Origin: Mobula hypostoma
Taxonomy: Eukaryota
Length of the DNA: 64,000 nt
Reading direction: 5' to 3'
NCBI RefSeq assembly: GCF_963921235.1
Contig: NC_086108.1
Span: 53,012,001 to 53,076,000 of the forward strand
This document shows, one piece after another, positions 25,275 to 37,699 of this stretch. Within the stretch, counting starts at the first letter, position 1; every line of letters begins with the position of its first letter. The notes under the pieces are model-generated. The model had not been told where the DNA came from. It made no database searches and saw only the letters and a program-made list of their open reading frames with translations. Made by a program: the position numbers and the translations under genes.

Positions 25275-26465
25275 GCAAATCAGTTTATTATCACTATCTT
25301 GTATGACATGAAATTTGTTGCTTTTCAGTAGAGGTCCAGTGGAAAAACATTAAATTACAGAACTATAAATTACAAATTAAAGAGTGCAAGGTCGTGTTCA
25401 TGGGCTCATCTACCATTCAGAAATCTGAGCGCAGAGGGAAGAACTGTTTCTGAATCATTGAGTGTCATGTACCTCTTCCTGATAATAGTAACAAGAATCA
25501 GAATCAGGTTTATTATCACCAGCATGTGATGTGAAATTTGTTAGCTTAGCAGCAGCAGTTCAATGCAATATATAAACTAGCAGAGAGAGAGAAAAAATAA
25601 TAAATAAAATAAAACAATAATAAATAAACAAGTAAATCAAATACGTATATTGAATAGATTTTTTTAAATGTGCAAAACCAGAAGTACTGTATATTAAAAA
25701 AAAGTGAGGTAGTGTTCATAGGTTCAATGTCCATTTAGGAATTGGATGGCAGAGGGGAAGAAGCTGTTCCTGAATCGCTGAGTGGGTGCCTTCAGGCTTC
25801 TGTATCTCCTACCCGATGGTAACAGTGAGAATAGGGCATGCCCTGGATGCTGGAGGTCCTAAATAATGGACGCTGCCCTTCTGAGACACCACTCCCTAAA
25901 GATGTCCTGGGTATTTTGTAGGCTAATATCCAAGATGGAGCTGACTAGATTTACAACCCTCTGCAGCTTCTTTCGGTCCTGTATAGTAGCCCCTCCATAC
26001 CAGACAGTGATGCAGCCTGTCAGAATACTCTCCACAGTACAACTATAGAAGTTTTTGAGTGTATTTGTTGACATGCCAAATCTCTTCAAACTCCTAATAA
26101 AGTATAGCCGCTGTCTTGCGTTCTTTATAACTACATTGATATGTTGGGACCAGGTTAGATCCTCTTAGCTCCTGACACTGAGGAACAGAAAGCTGCTCAC
26201 TCTCTCCACTTCTGATCCCTCTATGAGGATTGGTATATGTTCCTTCGACTTACCCTTCCTGAAGGGGGTCTTTAGTGATGCAATCTGCTTTCTTAAGGCA
26301 TCTCCTTTTGAAGAGGTCCTCAGTGATGGGAGGCTTGTACCCATGAAGGAACTGGCGGAGTCTACAGCCCTTTGCAATCTCGTCTGATCTTGTGCATTGG
26401 AGCCTCCATACCAGGAAGTGATGCAACCAGCAAGAACGCTCTCCGCCGTACGTCTACAGAAATTA
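25275..26465 (-). mobile_element. Cluster of Rex1/Babar 3' fragments
   Basis: KRFGMSTNTLKNFYSCTVESILTGCITVWYG and ESVLAGCITSWYG; tails gataataaacctgattctgattct. Confidence 0.85.
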
Positions 26466-27011
26466 GATACATAGAAACACCACACAAACCACTGTACGCT
26501 GTTTAATGTACAATTATCAAAATAATTACATAGTTCTTTTTTAACCTCCCTGGCTTCCCAGTAAATACATCAATGTATTTCCCTTATCTGTATTAGGTTG
26601 TAGCACATTCGACACTCTAGCCATCCTCTTAGTTAGGAAATTTGTCCCGAATTTTTCATTTGATTTTGTTTAGTAACTACTTCCTAATTATGATTTGTAT
26701 TTTAAGGCCAATTCGCACCTTTATTTAGCTCAGATGATATAAAGTGAAATGTGTTAAATGGAACTTGGGAAGTGACCTTTTACCCCAGAATCAGCCATTG
26801 AAGGAAAGAAAAGCAGAAAAACCGAGAACTGTGATGATTTCAGAATTCAGAAATGGATGATGAAGGCAAGAACAGAGAAATGGGCTGGTGGAAAAGAAGA
26901 AAATAGATTGTAAGTGCTTCTTTAGAAGTATCATAGTGTCATAGAATTATACTGCACAAAATCAGGTCCTTTGGTGCAACTAGTCCATGTTGGTCAAGCT
27001 GTCTTCCAGAG

Positions 27012-27242
27012 CTAGTCCCATTTGCCTCGAAAACTTCCTATCCATAGACTTGTCCAAATGACGTTTAGCTGCTGTAAGTGGATCTGCTCTAGTCCCATTT
27101 TCCTCAAAACCTTCCTATCCATATACTTGTCCAAATGTCTTTTAACTGCTGTAATTGGATCTGCTCTAGTCCCATTTGCCTTGAAACCTTCCTATCCATA
27201 GACTTGTCCAAATGCCTTTTAACTGCTATAAGTGGATCTGCT
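27012..27242. repeat. Tandem triplication of a 77-bp CR1 3' segment
   Basis: Units beginning ctagtcccattt at 27012, 27089 and 27166. Confidence 0.9.
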
Positions 27243-27548
27243 TCTACCATTTCCTCTGGCAGCCCGTTCCATGTACCCTCTGTAAGCTGCAGGAAGAACT
27301 TGCTTCTCATGTCCCCTTGAAATCTTGTTTCCTTTCACTTTAAAGCTATGCCCTGTAGTTTTAGATTCCACTTTCCAGGGTTTAAGACCATAAGGCACAG
27401 AAGCAGAATTAGGCCATTCGTTCCATCAAGTCTACTCCACCATTCCATCTTGGCTGATTTATTATCCCTCTCAAACCCATTCTCCTATGTTCTCCTCATA
27501 ACTTTTGACACCCTGACAAATCAAAAATGTATTAACCTCCATTAAATA

Positions 27549-28768
27549 TATCATGGTCTGGTCCGTGAAGTCCGCATTCTGGTTCACGGTCCGGTCCATC
27601 AATCCTTGTTCCGGGTTTTCCTGTTTTCTCCCTTGTTCTGTTGGGTGCCTTAATTGAGGCACCTGATTCTCATTTCAGGCTGGCACATAAATACCACTCA
27701 AACCAAAGATCCTATGCTGGACTTTTTCCGTCCCCTTCCTTCTGAAGCCTTGCCTGCATCCCTGTGAAGTTCTTCCGCCAGAGTGAGATCGGAGCCTTGC
27801 ACGCCAAGATAAGGAACTATCTATTGTTGAGTTTGGAACTATCTCTTTGTGTCCCTGTGTTTAGTGTCCATGTCAAAGAACTGTCCTGGTCCTAGGTCCT
27901 GTTCCCAAGGAGGGGTCCTGACTTTGTGTAAAGCCCCAGCCCTAAGTCCTGTTCCAAAGGAGGGGACCTGGCTCTGTGTTCTGTGTTCCTCTGTTCCAAG
28001 TCCCAGGTGCCGTGTTCCAGTCCTGTCCAAGTCAAGGCTTCATGTTCTTGTCCAGTCCAGGAGTCCCTTGGCAGTTTACTTCGGCAAGTGTCCTCGGCAG
28101 TCATCCCGGCCCTACGTCCTAGAAAGGGTCCCAGCCCTACGCTCCAAGGAGGAGTCCTGGCTCTGTACCCAACAGCCTAACCAAGCTGAGTCCAAGAGCC
28201 GAGGCAAACCTAGTCCAAGAGCCTCGTCCTGCTCTGGAGTACCTCATCCAAGGCTCTGAGCATCCAGTCCATGTCCAAGGCTCTGTGTTCCCGTGTTCCA
28301 AGACCAAGTCTAAGCGCCGTGTTCCAGCCCTGTCCAAATCTGAGCTTTGTGTCCTCATCTAGTTCTGGTGCCTCGCCCAGCCCGGTGCTGGGGAACCTCG
28401 TCCTGTGCTGGGGTACCTCATCCTGTCCTGTAGCCACGTCCTGTCCTTGCCAAGATCTCAATCCCCAGTCCCAGCCTAGACCCGGGTTCCGGTTCCGAGT
28501 CAAGACCCAGGTTCTACGTCCTTGTCCAGGCTCTGTTCCGGAGTTCCCTGTTCCTAGTCCAGGCTCCTCGTTCCTAGTTCCCCATCTGGGTCCCGTGTCT
28601 CTAGTCCAAGTCCTAGCCCAGGCCCCGGAATCCTAGTCTCATCCAGGGCCTGTGTCACTGTTGTTTCTTCCTGACTCACCTTGCTATCTCAATAAACCTA
28701 GTCCTGTTCCTAGTACTTCAGTGTCTGTGTCTTGCACGTGGGTCCACTCCCAGCGCCCCCTTGTAACA
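27549..28768 (+). mobile_element. Solo LTR (copy B)
   Basis: TA(from TG)...CA termini, 5-bp TSD aaata (27544-27548 and 28769-28773). TATA-like cataaata at ~27686; aataaa at 28691-28696. Confidence 0.88.
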
Positions 28769-29151
28769 AAATATCCTCAATGACTTTGCCTCCACGGCCG
28801 TCTGGGGCAAGGAATTCCACAAGTTTTCTACTCCCGGTAAAGAAATTCCTCCTCACCTCTGTTCTAAACGAACATCCCGCTATTCTGAGGCTCCGAACTC
28901 TGATCGTATACTCCCTCTGTAGGGTATATCCTCTCTATATCTATCCAAGTTTTTCAACATTCAACAGATTTCAATGAGATCACCCCTCATTATTGTGAAC
29001 TCCAATGAATACAAGACCAGAGCCATTAAATAGTCCTCATACATTAACCCTTTCGTTCCCAGAATAATTCTTGTGAACCTCCTCTGGAGCCTCTCCAATA
29101 CCAGCACATCTCCCCTTGAATAAGGGGCCCAAAGTTCCTCACAATAATTCG

Positions 29152-29250
29152 ACAATCCTGATGAAGGGACTCAGCCTGAAAATGACGAGTTCCTCCAGTA
29201 TTTTGTGTGTGTTGCTTTGATTTCCAGCATCTGCAGATATTCCCTTGTCT
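29152..29250 (+). mobile_element. Short PLE terminal-repeat insertion, decayed hammerhead
   Basis: cctgatgaagggactcagcctgaaaa..gagttcctccagtattttgtgtgtgttgc..tccagcatctgcaga inside CR1. Confidence 0.75.
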
Positions 29251-30860
29251 ACAATTCTCCGTGCGGTCTGACCAATGCCTTATAAAGCCTCAGCATTACA
29301 TCCTTGCTCTTATATTTGAGTCCTCCTGAAATGAATGCTAACATTACGTTTGCCCTTCCTTACTACTGACTGTGGCAATCCATCTTATCTAAGCCCCTCA
29401 TGATTTGATAAACTTCTGCAATATCACCTTTCGGCCTCTCTTGCTCCACAGAAAACAGTTCCACGTGATCCATTTGGACAAGACATTGAAAAGACCTCAT
29501 TTGGAATATTGTGTTGAGTTTGGTTGTCCTGCTATAAGAAACACACCATTTAGATGGAAGAATTGCAGAGGAGATTTATGAGCATGTTTCACAGAACTTG
29601 AAGGACTACATTATGTAGAGAGATTGAGCAAGTTGGGACTTTATTCAGTGTCATGTAGGAAAATAAGGGATGATTATTTACAGTAGAGGTTCACATAATT
29701 ATAAGGGACATAGATGGGGGTCAGTGCACATAGTTTTTTTTTCAGGGTTGGGGAATCAGGACCTAGATATTGCTGACATCATGAATGTAATACACAATCA
29801 TTTAGAACTGAAATCATTGTTGATTTCAGAACACTTTAGGTTTCATAAGTGGAATCAAAAAGAAAGGGAGTTCATTTCAGCGTAGGTGGCTGAATTCAAG
29901 AGATTGTCTGACCATTGTCAGTTTGGTAATTGCTTAATGATAGACCAAGAGATTGTTTAGTTTGTGGAATCTTAAACGAAAGCATTCAAGAATGGCTCCT
30001 AACTGAAACACAGCTTATATTTAAAAGAGCAGTCAAAATCGCTGTTTCAATGGAAACCGCAGAAAGAGATACAATTGAGTTGAAGTCAGGAATGAAAGTG
30101 AGCATGAACAAAACTGCATCATCTAAACAGAAACCAGCCTGGCTGAACAAATCGTGTCACTGTTGTGACGGGCTCACATACACCAGACCAAGGCAGGTTT
30201 AAAGGCGAAATTTGCAAAAAATACAACAGGTAGGAAACATACAAACAGCATATTGGGCAGAGAAATATAACTGGACTGCTCAAGGAAGAGAGAAAGCTAA
30301 AAAGTCAAGTTGCAGTTTCAAAAATATCATTAATCTGCATGTTGTTGATGAAAAATCTAATAATGATGAGCGTGACACAAGATGGTATAACCTTGATATT
30401 TATAGCGAGAAAATATAACAATAGACAAGCAATATGGCTTATGCCAGAAGTGAACGGCAAATTAATTAAAATGGAATTGGACACCGGTTCAGCTGTGTCA
30501 GTCACTCCACAAAATGAATTTGAATGGCATTTCAAGGATACTGAACTGAAACCTGCAGATACTCAGCTCAGAACTTATGGTGGAGAAAAGATAAATTCAG
30601 TGGGAATGACATTTGTAACATTGAAATACAATAGTCAACAAGCCACATTGAGCTTGTATGTGGTAAAAATAGGAGGGCCAACATTGTGGGGACGTGATCG
30701 GTTGAGAGAACTAAAACTAGATTGGAGATCCATCCAACAATTTCATGCCACATCCCCTGCAATGAAGCCATTTGAAAGTGAAGTAAGGAAGATACTAGAT
30801 GATGCCACAACTGTCTTTATAACAGACACCATGAACCATTGCCCAATAGAGGACAAGCAG

Positions 30861-31409
30861 GTATTGGTGCCAACCTCTGTGTCTCTGGTTAGAATGCATA
30901 TTGGGCTAAAGAAGGACCATGCTGCTCAGAGGATCATGAAAGTGTCGAAATCAGTGGTCTGACTACAACAGTTTTGTAGGCAATATATCTGAGAAAGCTA
31001 CTGATATGTTAATCAGGCAGTTACTTGCAAAATGTGGGGTGGTTTTAAGCTGGCAGAGAGTTCAAAGAGACTCAGGAAGTTTGCAAGCATTTGGCTTTTG
31101 TGAGTGTATAAAGAACCAGAATCTACTCTGCTTGCATTAAGGTTATTGCATGAACTTCAACTGGAAGACAAAAAAACTGCTTGTAAAAGTAGATGCAAAG
31201 ACCAAAGCCCAGCTGAATGAATGGAAGGCCAAAATGAAAGGAGTCAATGAAGCTAAGAAAACAAAGGATTCATCTGACAATGCTGTGGATGAGGAAACCA
31301 AGAGGAGAGATCAGATCATACGGGAGCAATAGAATGATTATTAAGAGAATACTCCAATGAACTAAATGTACCTTTCCAAGATCAGGATGCACAAACCAGA
31401 AGAAGAAAG
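30861..31409 (+). pseudogene. RBM25: Processed fragment of RNA-binding motif protein 25 (N-terminal RRM region) inside the Gypsy relic
   Basis: Across frameshifts: VLVPTSVSLV..KKDH, VGNISEKATDMLIRQLLAKCGVVLSWQRVQ..LQAFGFCE, YKEPESTLLALRLLHELQ, KKLLVKVDAKTKAQLNEWKAK, DEETKRRDQII, REYSNELN. Collinear with vertebrate RBM25 as recalled; no intervening sequence. Confidence 0.9.
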
Positions 31410-31720
31410 GTGGCTATCGCTGTCAGAACCACTTCCTGCAGTATCAGAGTCAACTCCTGTAATCACCATGGAGGAGGCCCCAGAAATGGAGATTGTTTCA
31501 CAGCCATAAGTCTCACCTGCCAAGCAGAATGATTCCTCTTGTCAGGAAAGGCATTATCCCACAAGAGTAAGAAATCCTCTTCAGCAATTAAATCAATGTG
31601 TCAAATTAAAGTTTACTGTGCTGTGGATGTCTGTATATAACGGTTGTATTATATAACACACTGTGTATATAGTTAAGATGCATTCTCTTGAGTTGGAGTT
31701 TATAGCTAAGAAGGGAGGAG

Positions 31721-31983
31721 TGTTGTGCATTTCATATTTCAGTAATACTTGAGTAATCTTGTATTTATAAACTGTAGATTGGTTGATTAAGCATTCTTAT
31801 TCATTTAAATAATTAATTACAGGCTATATGCATGAATACATGAACTGCATACAGTATATCATCACGCTACCACGGGACATGTACGCACTGCGGTTAAAGT
31901 AAACGCAAAGTTAAACTTGTATTCCCGGACTCCCATATCTTCCTTTGAATTAAGTTAATATTTTGAAGTTACAAAACAATACA
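31721..31983 (+). repeat. 3' LTR of the Gypsy relic
   Basis: Starts TG directly after the polypurine tract and ends ..acaaaacaataca, where CR1 sequence resumes. 3' end approximate. Confidence 0.75.
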
Positions 31984-32122
31984 GCTACCCTTTGTCTTCT
32001 ATGGGCAAGCGAACTCTGAATCCAAATTGCTGAGTCACCATCGATCCCATGTATCTTAATCTTCTGGATGAGTTTCTCATGAAGGACCTTACTAAGATCC
32101 ATGTGGACAACATCCATAGCTC

Positions 32123-32190
32123 TACACATAAAAGTTGCTGGTGAACGCAGCAGGCCAGGCAGCATCTCTAGGAAGAGGTACAGTCAACGT
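32123..32190 (-). mobile_element. 68-bp PLE terminal fragment
   Basis: Near-identical to ~4562-4629; stops within a few nt of the predicted hammerhead cleavage site. Confidence 0.8.
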
Positions 32191-33010
32191 ACCATAGTTA
32201 CCTTTGTTACGTCCTCAAAATTCAATCAGGTTATTAAGGCATCAGGTGCCCTCCACGAAGCCATGATAACTGTTCCTAATTAGGGAATGGTTTTCCAAAT
32301 GCTCTTAGGTCCTATCCTTAAGGATCTTCTCAATAGCTTCCCTACCACTGATGTGAGACTAACCAGTCTGTAGTTTCCAGGATTATCCTCAGGTCCTTTC
32401 TTGAATAATAGAATAACAATAGCTACTCGCCAGACCTCCAGGTCCACCTGAAGCTAGAGCAGACACAAAGATCTTGCTCAAGGCCCCAGCAATCTCATTT
32501 CCTGCCTCTCTCAATAATCTGGGGGACATCCTGTCAGACCCTGGGGGACACATTTACCTCAACATTCTTAAAGGGTTGCAATACTACTTTGTTCTTTATC
32601 TCGACATGTCCTAGTGTATTAGCACACTTCACACTGATCTCATTATTCTCCATGTCCTTCTCCTTGATAAATACCAATGCAAAGTACTCATTCTGGGGCT
32701 CACCGACATCCTCTGTCTCCAAGCACATTTTCCCCCCTTTATCTCTTTGTTGTCCAACCCTTTCCTGGTAATCCTCTTGCCTGATGTACAGTTGAAGTCA
32801 GAAGTTTACATACATCTCAGCCAAATACACTTAAACTCAGTTTTTCACAATTCCTGACATTTAAAAAACATTCCCTGTTTTAGGTCAGTTAGGATCACTA
32901 CTTTATTTTAAGAATGTGAAATTTCAGAATAATATTAGAGAGAATGATTTATTTCAGCTTTTATTTCTTTCATCACTTTCCCAGTGGGTCAGAAGTTTAC
33001 ATACACTTTG

Positions 33011-33975
<965 letters not shown>

Positions 33976-34170
33976 TGACATCATTTTCTGATCTCAATCT
34001 GATAGAAAGTTTGTGGGCAGAACTGAAAAAGCATGTGCGAGCAAGGAGGCCTACAAACCTGACTCAGTTACACCAGTTCTGTCAGGAGGAATGGAACAAA
34101 ATTCCAGCAACTTACTGTGAGAAGCTTGTGGAAGGCTACCCAAAACATTTGACCCAAGTTAAACAATTTA

Positions 34171-34492
34171 TCTAACAGTTTCTTCCCCCAAGCCATCAGA
34201 CTCCTCAATACCCAGAGCCTGGACTGATACCAACCTACTGCCCTCTACTGTGCCTATTGTCTTGTTTATTATTTATTGTAATACCTGCACTGTTTTGTGC
34301 ACTTTATGCAGTCCTGGGTAGGTCTGTAGTCTAGTGTAGTTTATGTGTTGTTTTTACGTAGTTCAGTGTAGTTTTTGTATTGTTTCATGTAGCACCATGG
34401 TCCTGAAAAACGTTGTCTCATTTTTACTGTGTACTGTACCAGCAGTTATGGTTGAAATGACAATAAAAAGTGACTTGTCTTGACTTGACTTG
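34171..34492 (+). mobile_element. Rex1/Babar 3' fragment nested in the Tc1
   Basis: NSFFPQAIRLLN, caataaa and (gactt)n tail; splits the transposase codons QVKQF|KGNATKY. Confidence 0.85.
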
Positions 34493-34862
34493 TAAAGGCA
34501 ATGCTACCAAATACTAACAAAGTGTATGTAAACTTCTGACCCACTGGGAAAGTGATGAAAGAAATAAAAGCTGAAATAAGTTATTCTCTCTACTATTATT
34601 CTGACATTTCACATTTTTAAAATAAAGTAGTGATCCTAACTGACCCAAGACAGGGAATGTATTTTAAATGTCAGGAATTGTGAAAAACTGAGTTTAAATG
34701 TATTTGGCTAAAGTGTATGTAAACTTCTGACTTCAACTGTATGTATAGAATGCCTTGGAATTCTCTTTAATCCTATTTGCCAAAGACTTTTCACGGCCCT
34801 TCCTGGCTCTCCTGATTTCCTTCTTAAGTTCTTTTCTAGCTTTCTTATTCTTGAATTCTTTC

Positions 34863-35654
34863 AACACACAGAAAATGCTGGTGGAATGCAGCAGGCCAGG
34901 CAGCATCTATAGTAAGAAGTACAGTCAATGTTTCGGGTCGAGACCCTTCGTCAGGACTAATGGAAAAAAGAGGTAGTAAGAGATTTGAAAGTGGGAGGGA
35001 GAGAGGGAGACCCAAAAGGATAGGAGAAGACAGGAGGGGAAGGGATGAAACCAAGAGCTGGGAAGTTGATTGGCAAAAGGGATACAAGGCTGGAGAAGGG
35101 GGAGTATCATGGGACAGAAGGCCTTGGAAGAAAGAAAGGGGGAGGGGAGCATCAGAGGAAGATGGAGAACAGGCAAGGAGTTAATGTGAGAGGGAAAGAG
35201 AGAAAAAAAATTATAATAATAATAAGTAATAAATTAGGGATGGGGTAAGAAGGGGATGAGGGGCGTTAACGGAAGTTAGAGAAATCAATGTTCATGCCAT
35301 CAGGTTGGAGGCTACCCAGATGAAATATAAGGTGTTGTTCCTCCAACCTGAGTGTGGCTTCATCTTGACAGTAGAGGAGGCTGTGGATAGACATATCGGA
35401 GTGGGAATGGGATGTGGAATTAAAATGTGTGGCTACTGGGAGATCCTGCTTCCTCTGGCAGGCAGAGCATAGGTGTTCAGCAAAGCGGTCTCCCAAACTG
35501 CATCGGGTCTCACCAATATATAGAAGGCCACACTGGGAGCACTGGATACCTGCCCCTACACCTCCTCCCTCAGTACCATTCAGGGCCCCAGACAGTCCTT
35601 CCAGGTGAGGTGACAGTTCACCTGTGAGTCTGCTGATGTGATATACTGTATTCG
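34863..35654 (-). mobile_element. Neptune-type PLE 3' fragment with inverted 5' segment (35549-35654)
   Basis: CSQCGLLYIGETR..NIDFSNFR; homologous to 4556-5335. Hammerhead motif at 34923-34958. Confidence 0.9.
34923..34958 (-). ncRNA. Minimal hammerhead motif, partly decayed
   Basis: AGUC-CUGACGA-AGGGUCUCGACCC-GAAACAUU-GACU: core boxes retained, ACGU palindrome lost. Confidence 0.55.
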
Positions 35655-37148
35655 GCTGGGTCCAAGGGTCGATTTTAACTGACATTTTGATGACAAACTC
35701 AGCCACCTTCAACAGGAATGATGCATAGGCATGTCTAGTCTGGTGGTATACTCAACTTCCATTCTCCATTCCTCCTGATTGATTAGTCCTCAACCAATCA
35801 GGTTTCCACTGTCCCACCTTGTTTAAAATCGTATTCTAATTCTTACTTGGAGCAAGACCTTCATCTTTGCAAAAATTCTTTTATTCTAGTCTTATTTCAA
35901 TGGCTTCTTTCACCAGGTGGTCCCAAAAGCCATTGGTGTAACACAGTAGTTCTGAGCCTTCAAAGTTAATCCTGTGGTCATTGCGTATGCAATGGTCTGC
36001 TGTCACTGATTTCTCTGGATAACCCAAACAGATTAACCTCCTACACTCCTTGATGATGGTTTCCAACGTGTGTCCCATCTGGCCGATATACGCTGCTCTG
36101 TATTCTCAGGGAGTCCTGTAAACACCAGTCGTCCTGAGTCCCAGGTCATCTTTGACCTGCATAAGCTGTGACTTGAACTTCCTTATGGGTCTGTGGTTGG
36201 TATTTATCCAGTATTTCTTCAGGATTCTGGCGATCCTTCCAGAAATCGTGGAAGTATAGGAAACACAGGTGGTAGAGACGGGTTCCTCCTCGTTGTTAGG
36301 TTTCCTGATTTTTCCATTGGCCCTTTTAAGAACCCAATTGATTTCCTGCACCCTGTAGCCATTCTGTAGGAACGTCACACGTAATCATCTTATTTCCTTG
36401 TGGAGACTCTCCAGGTCTGAAATGGTTTTCACGCAGTTTATCGAAGTAGAAAGAACTGCACCACACTGGGAGGTGCGATGGTGGCTGTTATTGTCGAGGT
36501 ATAAATCCGTGTGGGAGGGTTTCCGATAGACACCATGCCACAGTTTCTAAAAGGATTGCCAGGATCTTGAAGAAATACTGGATTAGAGCCATCCACAAAC
36601 CCTTCGGAAAGCTCAAAATCTAGTTTATGCAGGTGAAAGATGACCTGGGATTCAGGATGGCTGTCATTTACAGAATTCCCTGGGAATGCAGAACAACATA
36701 TATTGGCCGGACAGGGCACATGGTGGAAACACGCATCAAGGAGCATAGGAAGTGTATCCATTTGGGTTACTTGGAGAAATTGGTGGCAACAGAACATTGC
36801 TTACACCATGACCACGGGATTGACTTTGATGACACAGAACTACTGTGCTATGCCAATGGCTTTTGGGACCACCTGGTGAAGGAAGCCATTGAAATACACT
36901 AGGGGATAAGAATTTCAACAAAGACAAAGTTCTTGCTCTAAGTAAGAACTTGAATACAATTTTATTTCCACTGGGACAGTGGAAACCAGATTGGTTGAGG
37001 ACTAATCAATTAGGAAGGATGGACACAGGAGTTGGGTATATGTACCACTGGACTATACATGCCTAGGCATCATCCCTGATAAAGATGGTGGAGTTTGTCA
37101 TTTTAAATCGACACTCTGACCTGGCTGGAAGCTCGCGAAGAGTTTATG
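35655..37148. mobile_element. Second PLE family (Poseidon-type): two 5'-truncated copies joined head-to-head at ~36538
   Basis: - copy: GVYRKPSHTDLYL, GVYRTP..YIGQ, KEAIEI. + copy: VIYRIPWECRTTYIGRTG..KEH..KEAIEI. Each is followed by the same 3' repeat. Confidence 0.85.
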
Positions 37149-37249
37149 CATACCCTGACAGGTTGCATTTCACCCCTGCACGGAAATTACCCTGCTCTGG
37201 GCTGTTGGAAGCTTCAGAGAGGGGTAAGCACTGCCCAGTCAGAAGCTCA

Positions 37250-37670
37250 TCACATCCTTCGATCTAGTCCATCTTCACAGTCAGGAAGACTAATGTATCG
37301 TCAAGGATGTCAGTCATTCTGACCAGATAAGAGAAGATACAGGAGCTTGAAATCTCAGACACTCAGACTCAAGTACAGGTTCTTCCCCCACAGCTATCAG
37401 ACTTTTGAACCAATCACCTTTCATGTCCCCATCCTGGTGGTGTTGCCACATACGCTCTCAAACCCTTAATTCTACTTGTGTTATGTCACTTTAGCATTAC
37501 CGGTTACACCACCTCAGTTTGGATGTCTATACTTTGCACCATTCTATGCCTTTACGCAGGTCACTATTTATTGTTCTATTAATTATTATCATGTACACTT
37601 TTACACTTTGGGTAAGCAAGAAATTTCTTTGCACACTTGAGTTAATGACAATAAACTAACTTGAATCTAA
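37250..37670 (+). mobile_element. Rex1/Babar 3' fragment, old
   Basis: agaagatacaggagcttgaaa..ttcttcccccacagctatcagacttttgaac..gacaataaact. Confidence 0.65.
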
Positions 37671-37699
37671 ACTCATCTGAATTAAGGAAATGGTACAGG

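Larger units (their letters stand above)
26930..29470 (-). mobile_element. CR1 3' fragments (at least two), hosting LTR copy B and a PLE mini-insert
   Basis: CR1 3' UTRs at ~26935 and ~27385; LERLQRRFTRIILG at ~29090. Confidence 0.8.
29770..31983 (+). mobile_element. Ty3/Gypsy (Mag-like) relic: gag-protease, captured host sequence, pol tail, PPT, 3' LTR; 5' end missing
   Basis: Gag (SEHFRFHKWNQKE, RDCLVCGI, decayed Cys/His knuckles), protease MELDTGSAVSV, pol tail ERHYPTRVRNP, PPT aagaagggaggag immediately before TG at 31721. Confidence 0.88.

Noticed and set aside
30861..31409. Functional RBM25 exon(s)
   Set aside because: Multiple frameshifts, no start, a long collinear match without introns, and embedded in Gypsy sequence.
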